NCBI RefSeq assembly: GCF_003018235.1 | Contig: NZ_CP027437.1 | From: Escherichia coli | GTDB taxonomy: Bacteria > Pseudomonadota > Gammaproteobacteria > Enterobacterales > Enterobacteriaceae | DNA length: 64,000 nt | Strand: one strand, 5' to 3' | Shown here: piece after piece, positions 37,606 through 48,282 of the stretch | How the letters are laid out: each line of letters begins with the position of its first letter | Numbering within the stretch: position 1 is the first letter of the stretch | Made by a program: the position numbers and the translations under genes | The notes under the pieces: model-generated | Databases searched by the model: none | What the model saw: only the letters and a program-made list of their open reading frames with translations | What the model was told of the DNA's origin: nothing

Positions 37606-39177
37606 TTAAATTAAAGCTTCAAGGCCCGTTTTCACACTTTGAACTTGCGGGCCAATAATTACCTGCACACTGTGAGCATCCAGTACAACCACCGACAGGG
37701 CACCTGCATTCTTTAACGTGGCTTGATCCACTTTCGACATATCTTTCACCACCAAACGTAAACGAGTAATACAGTTATCCAGTGAATCAATATTTTCTTT
37801 TCCGCCAAGCGCACTCAAAATCACAGCATGATCATATTTAGATTTGCCTCGTGCTTTTGAATTTGCTGCAACAGCCTGTGCTGCATCCTCAGATGAGTCT
37901 TCACGGCCTGGGGTTTTAATATCATGCTTAAGGATGTACCAACGGAAAACAAAGAAATAAATAGCAAACCAAACAATACCCACCGGAAGTATTAAATACC
38001 ATTTAGTAGAAGTACCCTGCATGATACCAAATATTAATAAATCCAAAATCCCGCCATCAGTATTACCGATAGTCACGCCCAGGATTGCCATAACCATTAA
38101 GGCCAGACCGGACATGATAATATGGAATATATACAACGCAGGAGCAATAAAGAGGAATAAAAACTCAATTGGTTCAGAAATGCCAGTAACAACAGATACT
38201 AATACGCCTGAAAGCAGTAAGCCTTTAATTACAGGACGATTTTCTGGTTTGGCTGTACGATAAATTGCGTAAGCCACAGCAGGCAAACCAAACATAAAGG
38301 TTGGCATAAAGCCTTGGGATAAAAACGCAGTAACATGTGGGCTAAAGGGAAGACCGGCTTTTAATTCTGCATAGAAAATATTGAGTGCTCCGGCAACTTC
38401 ATGACCGTCGACAATTTCTGTACCGCCCGCAGGTGTGAAGCGAACCATTGCAAGCAAGATATGATGTAGCCCGAAAGGCTTAAGCAAAAGCACACCAACG
38501 CCATAAAGGAACGGGCCGAATACGCTGGTACTTTGAATAATGTGGCCAATACCAGCAATACCCATTGCAACATAGGTCCAGAGCAAAGGAATGGCCTGGC
38601 CTACTAATGATAATGTTAGCGAAGTGATGATGGGTACGAAGCGGATACCGCTAAAGAAGGCAAAGGCATCATGTAATACAGTATCCTGAAAACGTTCGTG
38701 GAGAAAATAAGTTATTACCCCGGCGATGATGCCACCTAAAACGCCCATCTCTAAGGTTTGAATACCTAATACTACAGATTGACCAACCTGCTTCATCGTG
38801 GCAGCATCGGCAAGTTGATGGGTAACAGTGAGATAATAATTAATACTCATGTTCATTAGCATATAGCCAACAAAACCTGAATATGCGCCTACTGCTTTAT
38901 TTCTCTTTGCCATTCCTAATGGAATTGCAATAGCAAACATAACAGGTAGATAAGTAAATGCAAAGCCACCTACCATTGCAATAAAGCCAAATGTAAGTTG
39001 GGTAAGCTCACCACCTAAAAAGGGGAAGTTATTAATTGTTGAGGGGCTGGTTACTGAACTACCTATACCTAACAGAAGTCCCATAAAAGCGAGTAATGAT
39101 ACTGGGAACATAAATGTTTTCCCTAAACTTTGGAAAAACTCCCAGACCCGTGACTTTATAGACTTTTCCTGTGTCAT
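37606..39177 (-). CDS. PTS glucose-family EIICB component (MalX/PtsG-like)
   Basis: 523-aa ORF; multi-pass EIIC domain plus C-terminal EIIB domain with phosphorylation-site motif NCITRLRL; co-directional with and 13 bp upstream of the C-S lyase gene. Confidence 0.85.
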   Translation of the reverse strand: MTQEKSIKSRVWEFFQSLGKTFMFPVSLLAFMGLLLGIGSSVTSPSTINNFPFLGGELTQLTFGFIAMVGGFAFTYLPVMFAIAIPLGMAKRNKAVGAYSGFVGYMLMNMSINYYLTVTHQLADAATMKQVGQSVVLGIQTLEMGVLGGIIAGVITYFLHERFQDTVLHDAFAFFSGIRFVPIITSLTLSLVGQAIPLLWTYVAMGIAGIGHIIQSTSVFGPFLYGVGVLLLKPFGLHHILLAMVRFTPAGGTEIVDGHEVAGALNIFYAELKAGLPFSPHVTAFLSQGFMPTFMFGLPAVAYAIYRTAKPENRPVIKGLLLSGVLVSVVTGISEPIEFLFLFIAPALYIFHIIMSGLALMVMAILGVTIGNTDGGILDLLIFGIMQGTSTKWYLILPVGIVWFAIYFFVFRWYILKHDIKTPGREDSSEDAAQAVAANSKARGKSKYDHAVILSALGGKENIDSLDNCITRLRLVVKDMSKVDQATLKNAGALSVVVLDAHSVQVIIGPQVQSVKTGLEALI

Positions 39178-39314
39178 TTAATAGACTCCTTGATTTTTAT
39201 AAGCATAGTTTCAAGGTCATGAAAAAGTAATCATGACCTTTTATATTTGTGAGGTAAGTTGTTTTTTATTGTCTGAATACAGCTGCTAAGAAACTGTTAT
39301 TCACATATTTTTAA

Positions 39315-40184
<870 letters not shown>

Positions 40185-41339
40185 TTATGCCTGCCACGGA
40201 TGAATGATTACGCCTTGCACCACGCGGTTAACGGTGCCACTGGCTGATGGGGTATCCGGCGTATTGCCCATGTGCAGCGACTGCATCAGTGCAAACGTCT
40301 GGGCGTACATCAGGAAGCAAAATGCCTGCTCAACGTCGATAAAGTGACGGGACGGCGGCAGGATGATATGTGGACCGGCGGTAATAACGTCGTTGCTTTC
40401 CGCGGCGATAGCGATTACGCGCATCGCCTGGTTGTCACGACGAAGTTCAGCCAGCAGATCAAGATCATACTGGCGGGTGTAAGGGTGGCTGGAGACAAAT
40501 ACCACCACCAGCGTTTCGTTATCGACCAGCGATTTTGGTCCATGACGGAATCCGGTCGGGGAATCATAAAAGGCCGCCAGTTTACCCGCCGTCAGTTCCA
40601 GTACTTTCAGCGCCGACTCGCGTGCTGCGCCCTGTAAGCCACCGCTGCCGAGATAAACGATCCGTTTCCACGGTGCGTAACCAAACACACCTTCGCTGAA
40701 ATCGCTCAGTGAGGTTAGGATCGCCTGGCAACGATCCGCCACGTCGCGGAAGCTCTGGCTGTTGATCGTCTCAGGTGCGAAAACCGCGAGGCAGCTGGCC
40801 ATCATGGTGGTAATGCTGCTGGTCATCGCAAAGCCGCGATCGTGCGTTTCTGCGGGCATCAGCAGGGCAAACGCGTTGTCGCTGTTGATCGCGTTTTGGT
40901 AAAGAGCGCCCGCTTCGTTGCAGGTGATCGGCAGGTGATAGCACTCGGGTACAAATTGATTTGCCAGTTCCACGGCGGCGACGCTTTCCGGGCTGTTGCC
41001 GGATCGACCGAAGGAGATCAACAGCAGCGGATGAGCTGGATTCAGGTAGTCCATCGGATTGGTGACCAGATCGGTGGTCGGTACGGCGCTGAAGTTTTTA
41101 CCGGTATGGCTGGCGAGCCACGGCGCGATGATGTCACCGATAAATGCCGAGGTTCCGGCTCCGGTCAGGATTACCCGCAGATTCTCTTTGCGCAGTAACG
41201 GTTCAAGGAAGTTATTGAGCGCGGAACGTAGCGCGTCGATGTTGGTGAGTGAACGGATCCATGCGCGAGGCTGATGGCGGATCTCTTCTTCAGTCCATGT
41301 ACCGGTTGCGGCAGCAGCAGGGGTGTAATTTTCTGGCAT
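40185..41339 (-). CDS. agaS: Galactosamine-6-phosphate deaminase/isomerase AgaS (tandem SIS domains)
   Basis: 384-aa ORF MPENYTPAAAATGTWTEEEIRHQPRAW. Confidence 0.93.
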   Translation of the reverse strand: MPENYTPAAAATGTWTEEEIRHQPRAWIRSLTNIDALRSALNNFLEPLLRKENLRVILTGAGTSAFIGDIIAPWLASHTGKNFSAVPTTDLVTNPMDYLNPAHPLLLISFGRSGNSPESVAAVELANQFVPECYHLPITCNEAGALYQNAINSDNAFALLMPAETHDRGFAMTSSITTMMASCLAVFAPETINSQSFRDVADRCQAILTSLSDFSEGVFGYAPWKRIVYLGSGGLQGAARESALKVLELTAGKLAAFYDSPTGFRHGPKSLVDNETLVVVFVSSHPYTRQYDLDLLAELRRDNQAMRVIAIAAESNDVITAGPHIILPPSRHFIDVEQAFCFLMYAQTFALMQSLHMGNTPDTPSASGTVNRVVQGVIIHPWQA

Positions 41340-41379
41340 AACTCAATCCTTAGTCTGATGAACTTGACGTCGGGCGTTG

Positions 41380-41500
41380 TCGCTTTCGCTTACCTTTCGT
41401 TTCATTTCACTTGGTGATGTCTTTCGTTGATTAAAATCTATAGAAAAGAAACTGAAAGTTCAATGGAGAAAAAAGAAATAAAACGAAATTTGTGATCATT
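41380..41500. promoter_or_regulatory. agaS promoter region with AgaR-type operator repeats
   Basis: Clustered CTTTCGTTTC/GAAACGAAA-like half-sites (ctttcgcttacctttcgtttcatttcac, tctttcgttgat, aaaacgaaatttg), same motif family as the kbaZ-agaR spacer. Confidence 0.4.
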
Positions 41501-41556
41501 GAAAGAAAAGACAAGGGAAGATTAAAGGATGGCGTGATGACGTTGCTATGTTCACC

Positions 41557-41615
41557 GATTGCCGGATGCGGCGTACCGTAGGTCAAAGAAGACGCGTCAG
41601 CGTCGCATCCGATAC
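41557..41615. repeat. REP-like palindromic element
   Basis: gccggatgcggcgta ... gacgcgtcagcgtcgcatccg in the agaA-agaS spacer. Confidence 0.4.
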
Positions 41616-41688
41616 CCTGCACAGAGCACAACGAAAGAAAAAGAAAGGCCTTACGGGGGAAGTGAAGGCCCAATAAAGGAGCAAACCA

Positions 41689-42822
41689 TCAAAACGAAGC
41701 TAATTGACCCTGAATCCAGATTTGTTGCACATGCAGCCCGCTATCCAGCGCAACGATGCTGGCGCGTTTGCCCGGTTTAAGCGATCCCAGAACATCATCA
41801 ACACCCAGCATTTGCGCCGGATGCAGCGACGCCATATGGATGGCTTCGGCAGGCGTTACACCCGCCAACTCAACCATGTTGCGCACTGCCGCATCGACAG
41901 ACAGCGTACTGCCCGCCAGCCCACCGGACGCGGTACGGACAACGCCACCGTGCATCTGCACTTCTTCACCACATAACGTATAGCGACCATCCGGCATCCC
42001 GGCTGCCTGCATCGCGTCGGTGATGAGCACGATTCTCTCTTTTGCACAGCAACAACACAGCGACATCGCCGCCGGATGCACATGATGACCATCGGCTATC
42101 AGTTCCAGCCAGGCGCGCTTGTCCGTTAATCCCGCACCAACCATTCCCGGTTCGCGGTGATGTAAACCTGTCATCCCGTTATAGCAATGCACCAGGCCGT
42201 CGGCACCAGCGTCAAACGCGGCACGGGTTTGTTGCCAGGTCGCCGCGCTATGCCCCAGCATCACCCGTACGTTTTGCTGTTTAAGATGGCGGATGGCCTG
42301 CAATGCCCCTTCTTTTTCCGGTGCCAGCGCTACCACGCGCAAGGTGTGCTGAGAAACGGCAATCAACTGATCCAGCTCGGCAATTTCCAGCTCGCGAAAC
42401 AGCTCCGGCGGATGCGCGCCTTTATTCTGCGGCGTGAAGTATGGTCTTTCGAGATAACTCCCCAGCACTTGCGCACCAGGTCCGCCGCGTTGGCAACGTT
42501 GAGCAATACGTTTCAGCGCCGCATGAATGGTATTAAGCGGCGCGGTTACGGTGGTCGGTAACCAACTGCCGACACCTTCGCGTGCCTTGTGCATTGCCAG
42601 CTTGTCGAGCACATCCGGCGCGTCATCCATTACATCAACGCCCGCACCACCGTGTACATGGGTGTCGATGTAAGCGGGGCAGAGCAGTTCCGCATCGCGT
42701 TCAGTCACGCCCACTGGAATCGGTTCGATTGCTGCGATTACACCGTCAGCAATACGCAACTGATGGTCATCGAGCCATCCCTCTTCAGTCAGCAGCCTTC
42801 TGGCGCGCAGAACGTGTGTCAT
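41689..42822 (-). CDS. agaA: N-acetylgalactosamine-6-phosphate deacetylase AgaA (full length)
   Basis: ORF 41689..42843; NagA-like amidohydrolase; start taken as MTHVLRARR (ATG at 42822), which overlaps the agaF stop in an ATGA arrangement; full length here, whereas I recall agaA being truncated in K-12. Confidence 0.88.
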   Translation of the reverse strand: MTHVLRARRLLTEEGWLDDHQLRIADGVIAAIEPIPVGVTERDAELLCPAYIDTHVHGGAGVDVMDDAPDVLDKLAMHKAREGVGSWLPTTVTAPLNTIHAALKRIAQRCQRGGPGAQVLGSYLERPYFTPQNKGAHPPELFRELEIAELDQLIAVSQHTLRVVALAPEKEGALQAIRHLKQQNVRVMLGHSAATWQQTRAAFDAGADGLVHCYNGMTGLHHREPGMVGAGLTDKRAWLELIADGHHVHPAAMSLCCCCAKERIVLITDAMQAAGMPDGRYTLCGEEVQMHGGVVRTASGGLAGSTLSVDAAVRNMVELAGVTPAEAIHMASLHPAQMLGVDDVLGSLKPGKRASIVALDSGLHVQQIWIQGQLASF

Positions 42823-43253
42823 ATTCCTTCCTCGACCGGACATTCTTCATGGCAGCGGCCTAACTCGTCCACCAAACTGGTCAGCCCACGGTGTCCACAC
42901 TCCAGCGCCTGCACACGGAACTCTTCACCGCTTAACCCTTCGCGCTCCAGCACCATCTCCAGTAGCAGTTGCAAATTGGTGCCGGTGATCACTTCACAGC
43001 CCGGTTTTTGCATCGCCAGCGTTGAAGCTACGCGAAACGGCGTGCCGCCCAGCAAATCCGTCAGAAAAACAATGCCGTCTTCACAATCGAGTTGGGCGAT
43101 GGCCTCTTCAAGCTGCGATGTAAGCAGCGCGGTGCTTGAGGTTTCGGGAAAATCGATGGCAATAAACTGCGATTGCTCGCCGAGGATTTGCTTCATTGCT
43201 TTTTCTATGCCACTGGCAAACCCGCCATGCCCTGTCAAAATAATACTTAACAT
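42819..43253 (-). CDS. agaF: PTS EIIA component, mannose family (AgaF)
   Basis: 144-aa ORF MLSIILTGHGGFASG with the EIIA-Man phosphohistidine region. Confidence 0.88.
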   Translation of the reverse strand: MLSIILTGHGGFASGIEKAMKQILGEQSQFIAIDFPETSSTALLTSQLEEAIAQLDCEDGIVFLTDLLGGTPFRVASTLAMQKPGCEVITGTNLQLLLEMVLEREGLSGEEFRVQALECGHRGLTSLVDELGRCHEECPVEEGI

Positions 43254-43270
43254 CTAATACCTCATTGTAT

Positions 43271-44155
43271 TTAAAGGAAATGGCAGAATTTACCGACGAT
43301 GCCGAGAACCACGGTAACTGCAATCAGGCGCAGCGGACTCCAGCCGCGGCGTACCAGCCAGAACATGGTCAGGGTGTAGACCAGCGGTAAGAAGGCTGGC
43401 ATCAGTTTGTCGATAACATCAGCCTGTAACTTAACCACTGCGTCGCCAGCGGTGATTTCCAGCGTGGTGCTTAAACGAACATAGGTTGCCACCAGCGCGC
43501 CGATTACCGTCATCCCAACGATTGACGCAGCATGGCCGACTTTTTGGGTATTCGCTTTAATGAGTGGAATCGCCGCCACGCCCATGCGGTAAGCATAATG
43601 CGCCAGACCAAAACGCAGCCCCAGGTGTACCACGTTGAACAGCACAATAAAGACGACTGCGCCAAGAATAGAGCCTTGTAGCGCGAGGCTTGCGCCTATC
43701 CCGCCACAAATCGGCAGTAGCGTCAGCCAGAACATCGCATCGCCAATCCCGCCGAGCGGCGCACCGACGGCAATTTTGGTGCTCTGAATACTGTTAACGT
43801 CCTGCTTAGAACGCTCCATCGCAAGGATAATGCCGATAACAAACGTCACCAGAAACGGATGGGTATTGAAGAAACCCATATGCCCTTTCATGGCGCGCGC
43901 CAGGTCGCGTTTATTAGTGTGGATCTTTTTCAGAGCAGGCAGCAGACCGTACAACCAGCCGGAAGCCTGCATACGCTCGTAGTTAAAAGACGCTTGTAAC
44001 AGCATGGAACGCCAGGCGACGCGGTTGATATCTTTTTTCGTCAGCTCTGCGCCAATGCTCTGATCTTCATACACGTTTTCATTGACGCCTGTCAGCAGTG
44101 TTTCTTCGTTTTCACTGACGTTCGGCAGGGTGGTTTGATTAGATGCCATCTTCAA
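43271..44155 (-). CDS. agaE: PTS EIID component, mannose family (AgaE)
   Basis: 294-aa membrane ORF; EIID family. Confidence 0.88.
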   Translation of the reverse strand: MKMASNQTTLPNVSENEETLLTGVNENVYEDQSIGAELTKKDINRVAWRSMLLQASFNYERMQASGWLYGLLPALKKIHTNKRDLARAMKGHMGFFNTHPFLVTFVIGIILAMERSKQDVNSIQSTKIAVGAPLGGIGDAMFWLTLLPICGGIGASLALQGSILGAVVFIVLFNVVHLGLRFGLAHYAYRMGVAAIPLIKANTQKVGHAASIVGMTVIGALVATYVRLSTTLEITAGDAVVKLQADVIDKLMPAFLPLVYTLTMFWLVRRGWSPLRLIAVTVVLGIVGKFCHFL

Positions 44156-44918
44156 ATTCCTCTTTCTGTGCCGCAGGTTGAGTCGGTTCAGGAGATTTAC
44201 GCAGCAGATCGATCAGCGCCATCGCCAGCGCGGCGGCAGCAATAGCCAGCACCGGTAACTTGAGCCAGGCTGCGGCAACAAAGCCCAGGATGAAGTAGGG
44301 GATGTAGACGTTTTTCATCATGATTTTCAGCAGCACGGCAAAACCGATTGCTGGCATGATGCCGCCCGCGACGCCGAGGCCGTCGATTAATCGTTGCGGC
44401 AGGACATCAATGATGGTTTTGGCATGTTCTGCGCCGAAGTAGATAGGCAGGAAAGCGCAGAGAAAATAGAAAGTGCCGAGTGCCAGCAGTGCCAGATAGT
44501 TCACGCGTTCAATGCCGCGAGTATCGGCGTTCTCCGCCATCCGGTCGCAGCGGGACATTACGCCAGACATCACCGAGAACAGGAAGGTAATCCCCATCTG
44601 TACTGCGACAGCGAAAGGTACGGCGACACCGACCGCGACATCGGGTTTCACGCCAGTAGTAATGGCAAACGCCGTGCCGACGATAGTACCGATAATCACG
44701 TTAGGCGGTTGTGCGCCTGCCAGCGGGGCCAGCCCCATCCACACCAGTTCCAGCGTACCGCCGGTTAAAATACCGGTATGCAGATCGCCAAGTACCAGCC
44801 CGACTAACGGGCCGAGGACCACCGGGCGGTGCATATGGGTTAAGCCGTTAAACATATCCAGGCCAGCGATAAAGGCGATAATGCCCAACGCGAATGCCTG
44901 CAACAGACTGATTTCCAT
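44139..44918 (-). CDS. agaW: PTS EIIC component, mannose family (AgaW, full length)
   Basis: 259-aa hydrophobic ORF MEISLLQAFALGIIAFIAG. Confidence 0.88.
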   Translation of the reverse strand: MEISLLQAFALGIIAFIAGLDMFNGLTHMHRPVVLGPLVGLVLGDLHTGILTGGTLELVWMGLAPLAGAQPPNVIIGTIVGTAFAITTGVKPDVAVGVAVPFAVAVQMGITFLFSVMSGVMSRCDRMAENADTRGIERVNYLALLALGTFYFLCAFLPIYFGAEHAKTIIDVLPQRLIDGLGVAGGIMPAIGFAVLLKIMMKNVYIPYFILGFVAAAWLKLPVLAIAAAALAMALIDLLRKSPEPTQPAAQKEEFEDGI

Positions 44919-44928
44919 GATGAATCCC

Positions 44929-45402
44929 TCAAAGTAATTTAAAGAGGTCCACAGCAGGCTCTGTCGGGACGCCCTGAACGAAGCATTCCACCCCAGCGGC
45001 TTTCAGGTCGTTAAATGCTGCGATATCGCCCGCATCCACAGAAACCGTTTTGGCGATTTGTTGCTTGCCATTGGCGTAGTGCATATTGCCAACGTTAATG
45101 CGATTCACCGGAACGCCACCTTTCACCAGCGTCAGGAAATCGGCAGGTGTTTTACAAACCAGCAGGATTTTCTGTCGATCGGCGGCGCGATGAATGTTGT
45201 CGATGACTTTTTGCAGCGTCCAGAAACGTACGGCGATCCCTTCTGCCAGTACCATTTCCATCAGGTTTTGTTGTACCGGATCTTCGGCAACCTCATCGTT
45301 GGCTACCAGCACCAGATTTGCCCCCGCAAATCCGACCCACTGAACGCCGACCTGACCGTGAATCAAGCGTTCATCAATCCGGCTTAAAATAATATTTGGC
45401 AT
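44929..45402 (-). CDS. agaV: PTS EIIB component, mannose family (AgaV)
   Basis: ORF 44929..45438; start at MPNIILSRIDERLIHGQVG (EIIB-Man phosphohistidine loop); 157 aa. Confidence 0.88.
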   Translation of the reverse strand: MPNIILSRIDERLIHGQVGVQWVGFAGANLVLVANDEVAEDPVQQNLMEMVLAEGIAVRFWTLQKVIDNIHRAADRQKILLVCKTPADFLTLVKGGVPVNRINVGNMHYANGKQQIAKTVSVDAGDIAAFNDLKAAGVECFVQGVPTEPAVDLFKLL

Positions 45403-45424
45403 AGCGTGTTCCTCTTTGTTTTGC

Positions 45425-46705
45425 TTATTGGCCTTCACAGGCTGTGTGGTACTGCGCCAGGATGTCCTGAATATGGTTGATAATGAGTTCCCGTGGCGTC
45501 GGTTGCAGCTCGCCGGAGCGAACTTTCACGTATTGCAGCGGCAGATACTGGCTGATGAGCGGCAGCGGAATCGGTGAATCCGCCAGATTACGAACCAGAT
45601 GGGCGAAAGCGTCATCAATCTGGCTGTCCGGCCAGTAATAGCGCACGCGATCCGAGTAGCTATAACCACGCGCCAGACGACGCGCGTTGCCGTCACCGTG
45701 GTAGTGGCTTTGCCAGTATTCCGGGCGGTCGAGCATCACGTTTTCCAGCACCTGACGCAGACCGGAACAGGCTTTCGCTGGTACCAGTTCTTCTTCAATC
45801 GCCGCCAGAGAAAAAAGGGCTTCACGCAGGGCGAAGGTCAGCGCCGGGCCAACTTTCAGAATGGCAAAGTGGTCAATCACCAGCTGGCGCAACGATTGCG
45901 GCGTTTGGTAATCGGTAGAGTGCGCTTCGAAAATCAGCGTTTCGTAGTTTTCGACCATCTGGCTTAATGCGGTCGCTTTAGCTGGCTGATAATCAATAAC
46001 GTTGGTGTGATCGAATTCGACGCCGGGTTGAACCACCAGGGCAATAATGCGTGGCCAGATGGCATTCAGGCCCTGCTTTTCAAAGGCGTGGCGATGGGCT
46101 TCCAGTGTGGCGCGGGCGGCATCCGGCGTGGTGACCGCCAGCTCGCTTAAGGTTTCATGCGCGCCGCCAGGTACCGGTACTTCGGTACCAATGACATACT
46201 CCAGATCGGCCGCGCCAAAATGTTCACGGCAGGTTTCTTCCGCCACTTTCGCCAGACGAGCGGCGCGTTCGGCCACGATGTCATCAGTTAAGGGAATCGG
46301 ATCGTCCTGACAGGACATGCTGCAATCAAGGTGAATTTTTTTGAATCCTGCCGCCACGTAGCTTTTAATCAAATCATCGGCATTGGCCATTGCCTGAGCG
46401 GCAGGCAGGTTTTGCCAGCGGTTTGGCCCCAGATGGTCGCCACCCAGAATCAACGCATCCTGTGGGAAATTCAACGAGTCGGCGAGCTGACAAACAAAGC
46501 CGCGAAAATCGGCGGGCGTCATTCCGGTATAACCGCCGAACTGGTCCACCTGATTGGAGGTTGCTTCAATCAGTAACGGTGTTTGGTTTGCACTGGCGTA
46601 GCGGATTGCAGCTTCCAGCACCAGCGGATGTGCGGAACAAACGGCATAAATCCCATTTGTTTTGCCCTCTTTGTGCTGTCTCACCATTTCTGTCAGATGT
46701 TTCAC
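45425..46705 (-). CDS. kbaZ: Tagatose-bisphosphate aldolase accessory subunit KbaZ (AgaZ)
   Basis: 426-aa [40 protein letters not shown]. Confidence 0.93.
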   Translation of the reverse strand: MKHLTEMVRQHKEGKTNGIYAVCSAHPLVLEAAIRYASANQTPLLIEATSNQVDQFGGYTGMTPADFRGFVCQLADSLNFPQDALILGGDHLGPNRWQNLPAAQAMANADDLIKSYVAAGFKKIHLDCSMSCQDDPIPLTDDIVAERAARLAKVAEETCREHFGAADLEYVIGTEVPVPGGAHETLSELAVTTPDAARATLEAHRHAFEKQGLNAIWPRIIALVVQPGVEFDHTNVIDYQPAKATALSQMVENYETLIFEAHSTDYQTPQSLRQLVIDHFAILKVGPALTFALREALFSLAAIEEELVPAKACSGLRQVLENVMLDRPEYWQSHYHGDGNARRLARGYSYSDRVRYYWPDSQIDDAFAHLVRNLADSPIPLPLISQYLPLQYVKVRSGELQPTPRELIINHIQDILAQYHTACEGQ

Positions 46706-46953
46706 TTTCCTCTCCAGTTCAGATTACTGCGATATTAATCTTTCGTTTTGTTTCAGTTGATACTGCGCCATGGTGAGATAAAAATAAAACGAAAGATAAT
46801 AGTTTTCTGATCTGATTCACAAAAGAAACATAATGAAAGCCACTGAAACGAGAGTAGCTTGCGCCAATGGGTAAGGTGGGCTTGCATTTGCTTAATAGAA
46901 AGGCGTTAATAGGCAAAACGAAATGAAACGAAAGTTTTACGAAAGGACTTACT
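46706..46953. promoter_or_regulatory. Divergent kbaZ/agaR promoter region with AgaR (DeoR-type) operator repeats
   Basis: Repeated CTTTCGTTT/AAACGAAAG motifs (ctttcgttttgtttcag, aaaacgaaagataa, aacgaaatgaaacgaaagttttacgaaagg). Confidence 0.5.
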
Positions 46954-47763
46954 ATGAGTAATACCGACGCTTCAGGCGAGAAGCGAGTGACAGGCACCAG
47001 TGAGCGACGAGAGCAGATCATTCAACGCCTGCGCCAGCAAGGAAGTGTGCAGGTTAACGATCTGTCGGCATTGTATGGCGTATCTACTGTGACGATCCGC
47101 AACGATCTGGCGTTTCTGGAAAAGCAGGGGATCGCTGTGCGTGCCTATGGCGGCGCGTTGATCTGCGATAGCACGACGCCGTCAGTCGAGCCATCAGTGG
47201 AAGATAAAAGCGCGCTGAACACCGCAATGAAACGCAGCGTTGCGAAAGCTGCCGTTGAGTTGATTCAGCCAGGTCATCGGGTAATCCTCGATTCCGGGAC
47301 CACCACTTTTGAGATTGCTCGTCTGATGCGCAAGCACACTGACGTAATTGCGATGACCAACGGTATGAACGTGGCTAATGCGTTGCTGGAAGCGGAAGGC
47401 GTTGAGCTGCTGATGACCGGCGGGCATTTGCGCCGTCAGTCGCAATCTTTTTACGGCGATCAGGCTGAACAATCGCTGCAAAATTACCACTTCGATATGC
47501 TGTTTCTTGGCGTAGATGCGATCGATCTGGAGCGCGGCGTCAGCACGCATAATGAAGATGAAGCCCGTTTAAACCGTCGGATGTGCGAAGTTGCGGAACG
47601 GATCATCGTGGTCACCGATTCCAGTAAGTTCAATCGTTCCAGTTTACATAAGATCATTGATACTCAACGTATCGACATGATCATTGTTGATGAAGGCATT
47701 CCTGCGGATAGTCTGGAAGGACTGCGAAAGGCTGGGGTTGAAGTGATTCTGGTCGGGGAGTGA
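46954..47763 (+). CDS. agaR: DeoR-family repressor AgaR
   Basis: 269-aa ORF; N-terminal HTH ([35 protein letters not shown]) and DeoR C-terminal sensor domain. Confidence 0.93.
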
Positions 47764-47817
47764 GAAAGGGTGCCCGCTGGTCAACACGAATGCGTTCGGC
47801 GGGCATTGTGAACACCA

Positions 47818-48282
47818 TCAATGGGTTTCTTCTGTCTCTCGGGTGAGGGTTTCCCAGTCGGCAGGAGGATGTCCTCTTTTTAACATTTTGCTGAATACGG
47901 TATAGGCATCTGTTTTTTTACCGTAGGTGCGCAGAGTGTTTTCATCGTTCATCCATCCCAGAATGATGACTTTCTCTTTTTCACTATAACGAAAGAAGAG
48001 ACGATAACGACCAGCACCAAATTTTACCCGTGACCAGTCTTTATTTTTCCCAGAGCCTAACGACTTGCCATGACGGAATGCCGGTGATGATGGATTGACC
48101 GTGATATGCTCCTCAATCACTTTATGGACTACCGCCAATAACTTTGTGGCGGCTTTTCTCTGATAATTTTCAGGATCTTTTCCCTTTAATATCTCGACTT
48201 CGGCAACTAAAGCGTCGTAGGTTTCCTGAAAACAGGGATGAGCATATAGCGCCCAACCATTAACCCTTTGTGGAAAATCCAT
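47818..48282 (-). CDS. yhaV: Type II toxin YhaV (ribosome-dependent mRNA interferase)
   Basis: 154-aa ORF MDFPQRVNGWALYAHPCFQETYDALVAEVE; stop/start overlap with prlF. Confidence 0.93.
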   Translation of the reverse strand: MDFPQRVNGWALYAHPCFQETYDALVAEVEILKGKDPENYQRKAATKLLAVVHKVIEEHITVNPSSPAFRHGKSLGSGKNKDWSRVKFGAGRYRLFFRYSEKEKVIILGWMNDENTLRTYGKKTDAYTVFSKMLKRGHPPADWETLTRETEETH

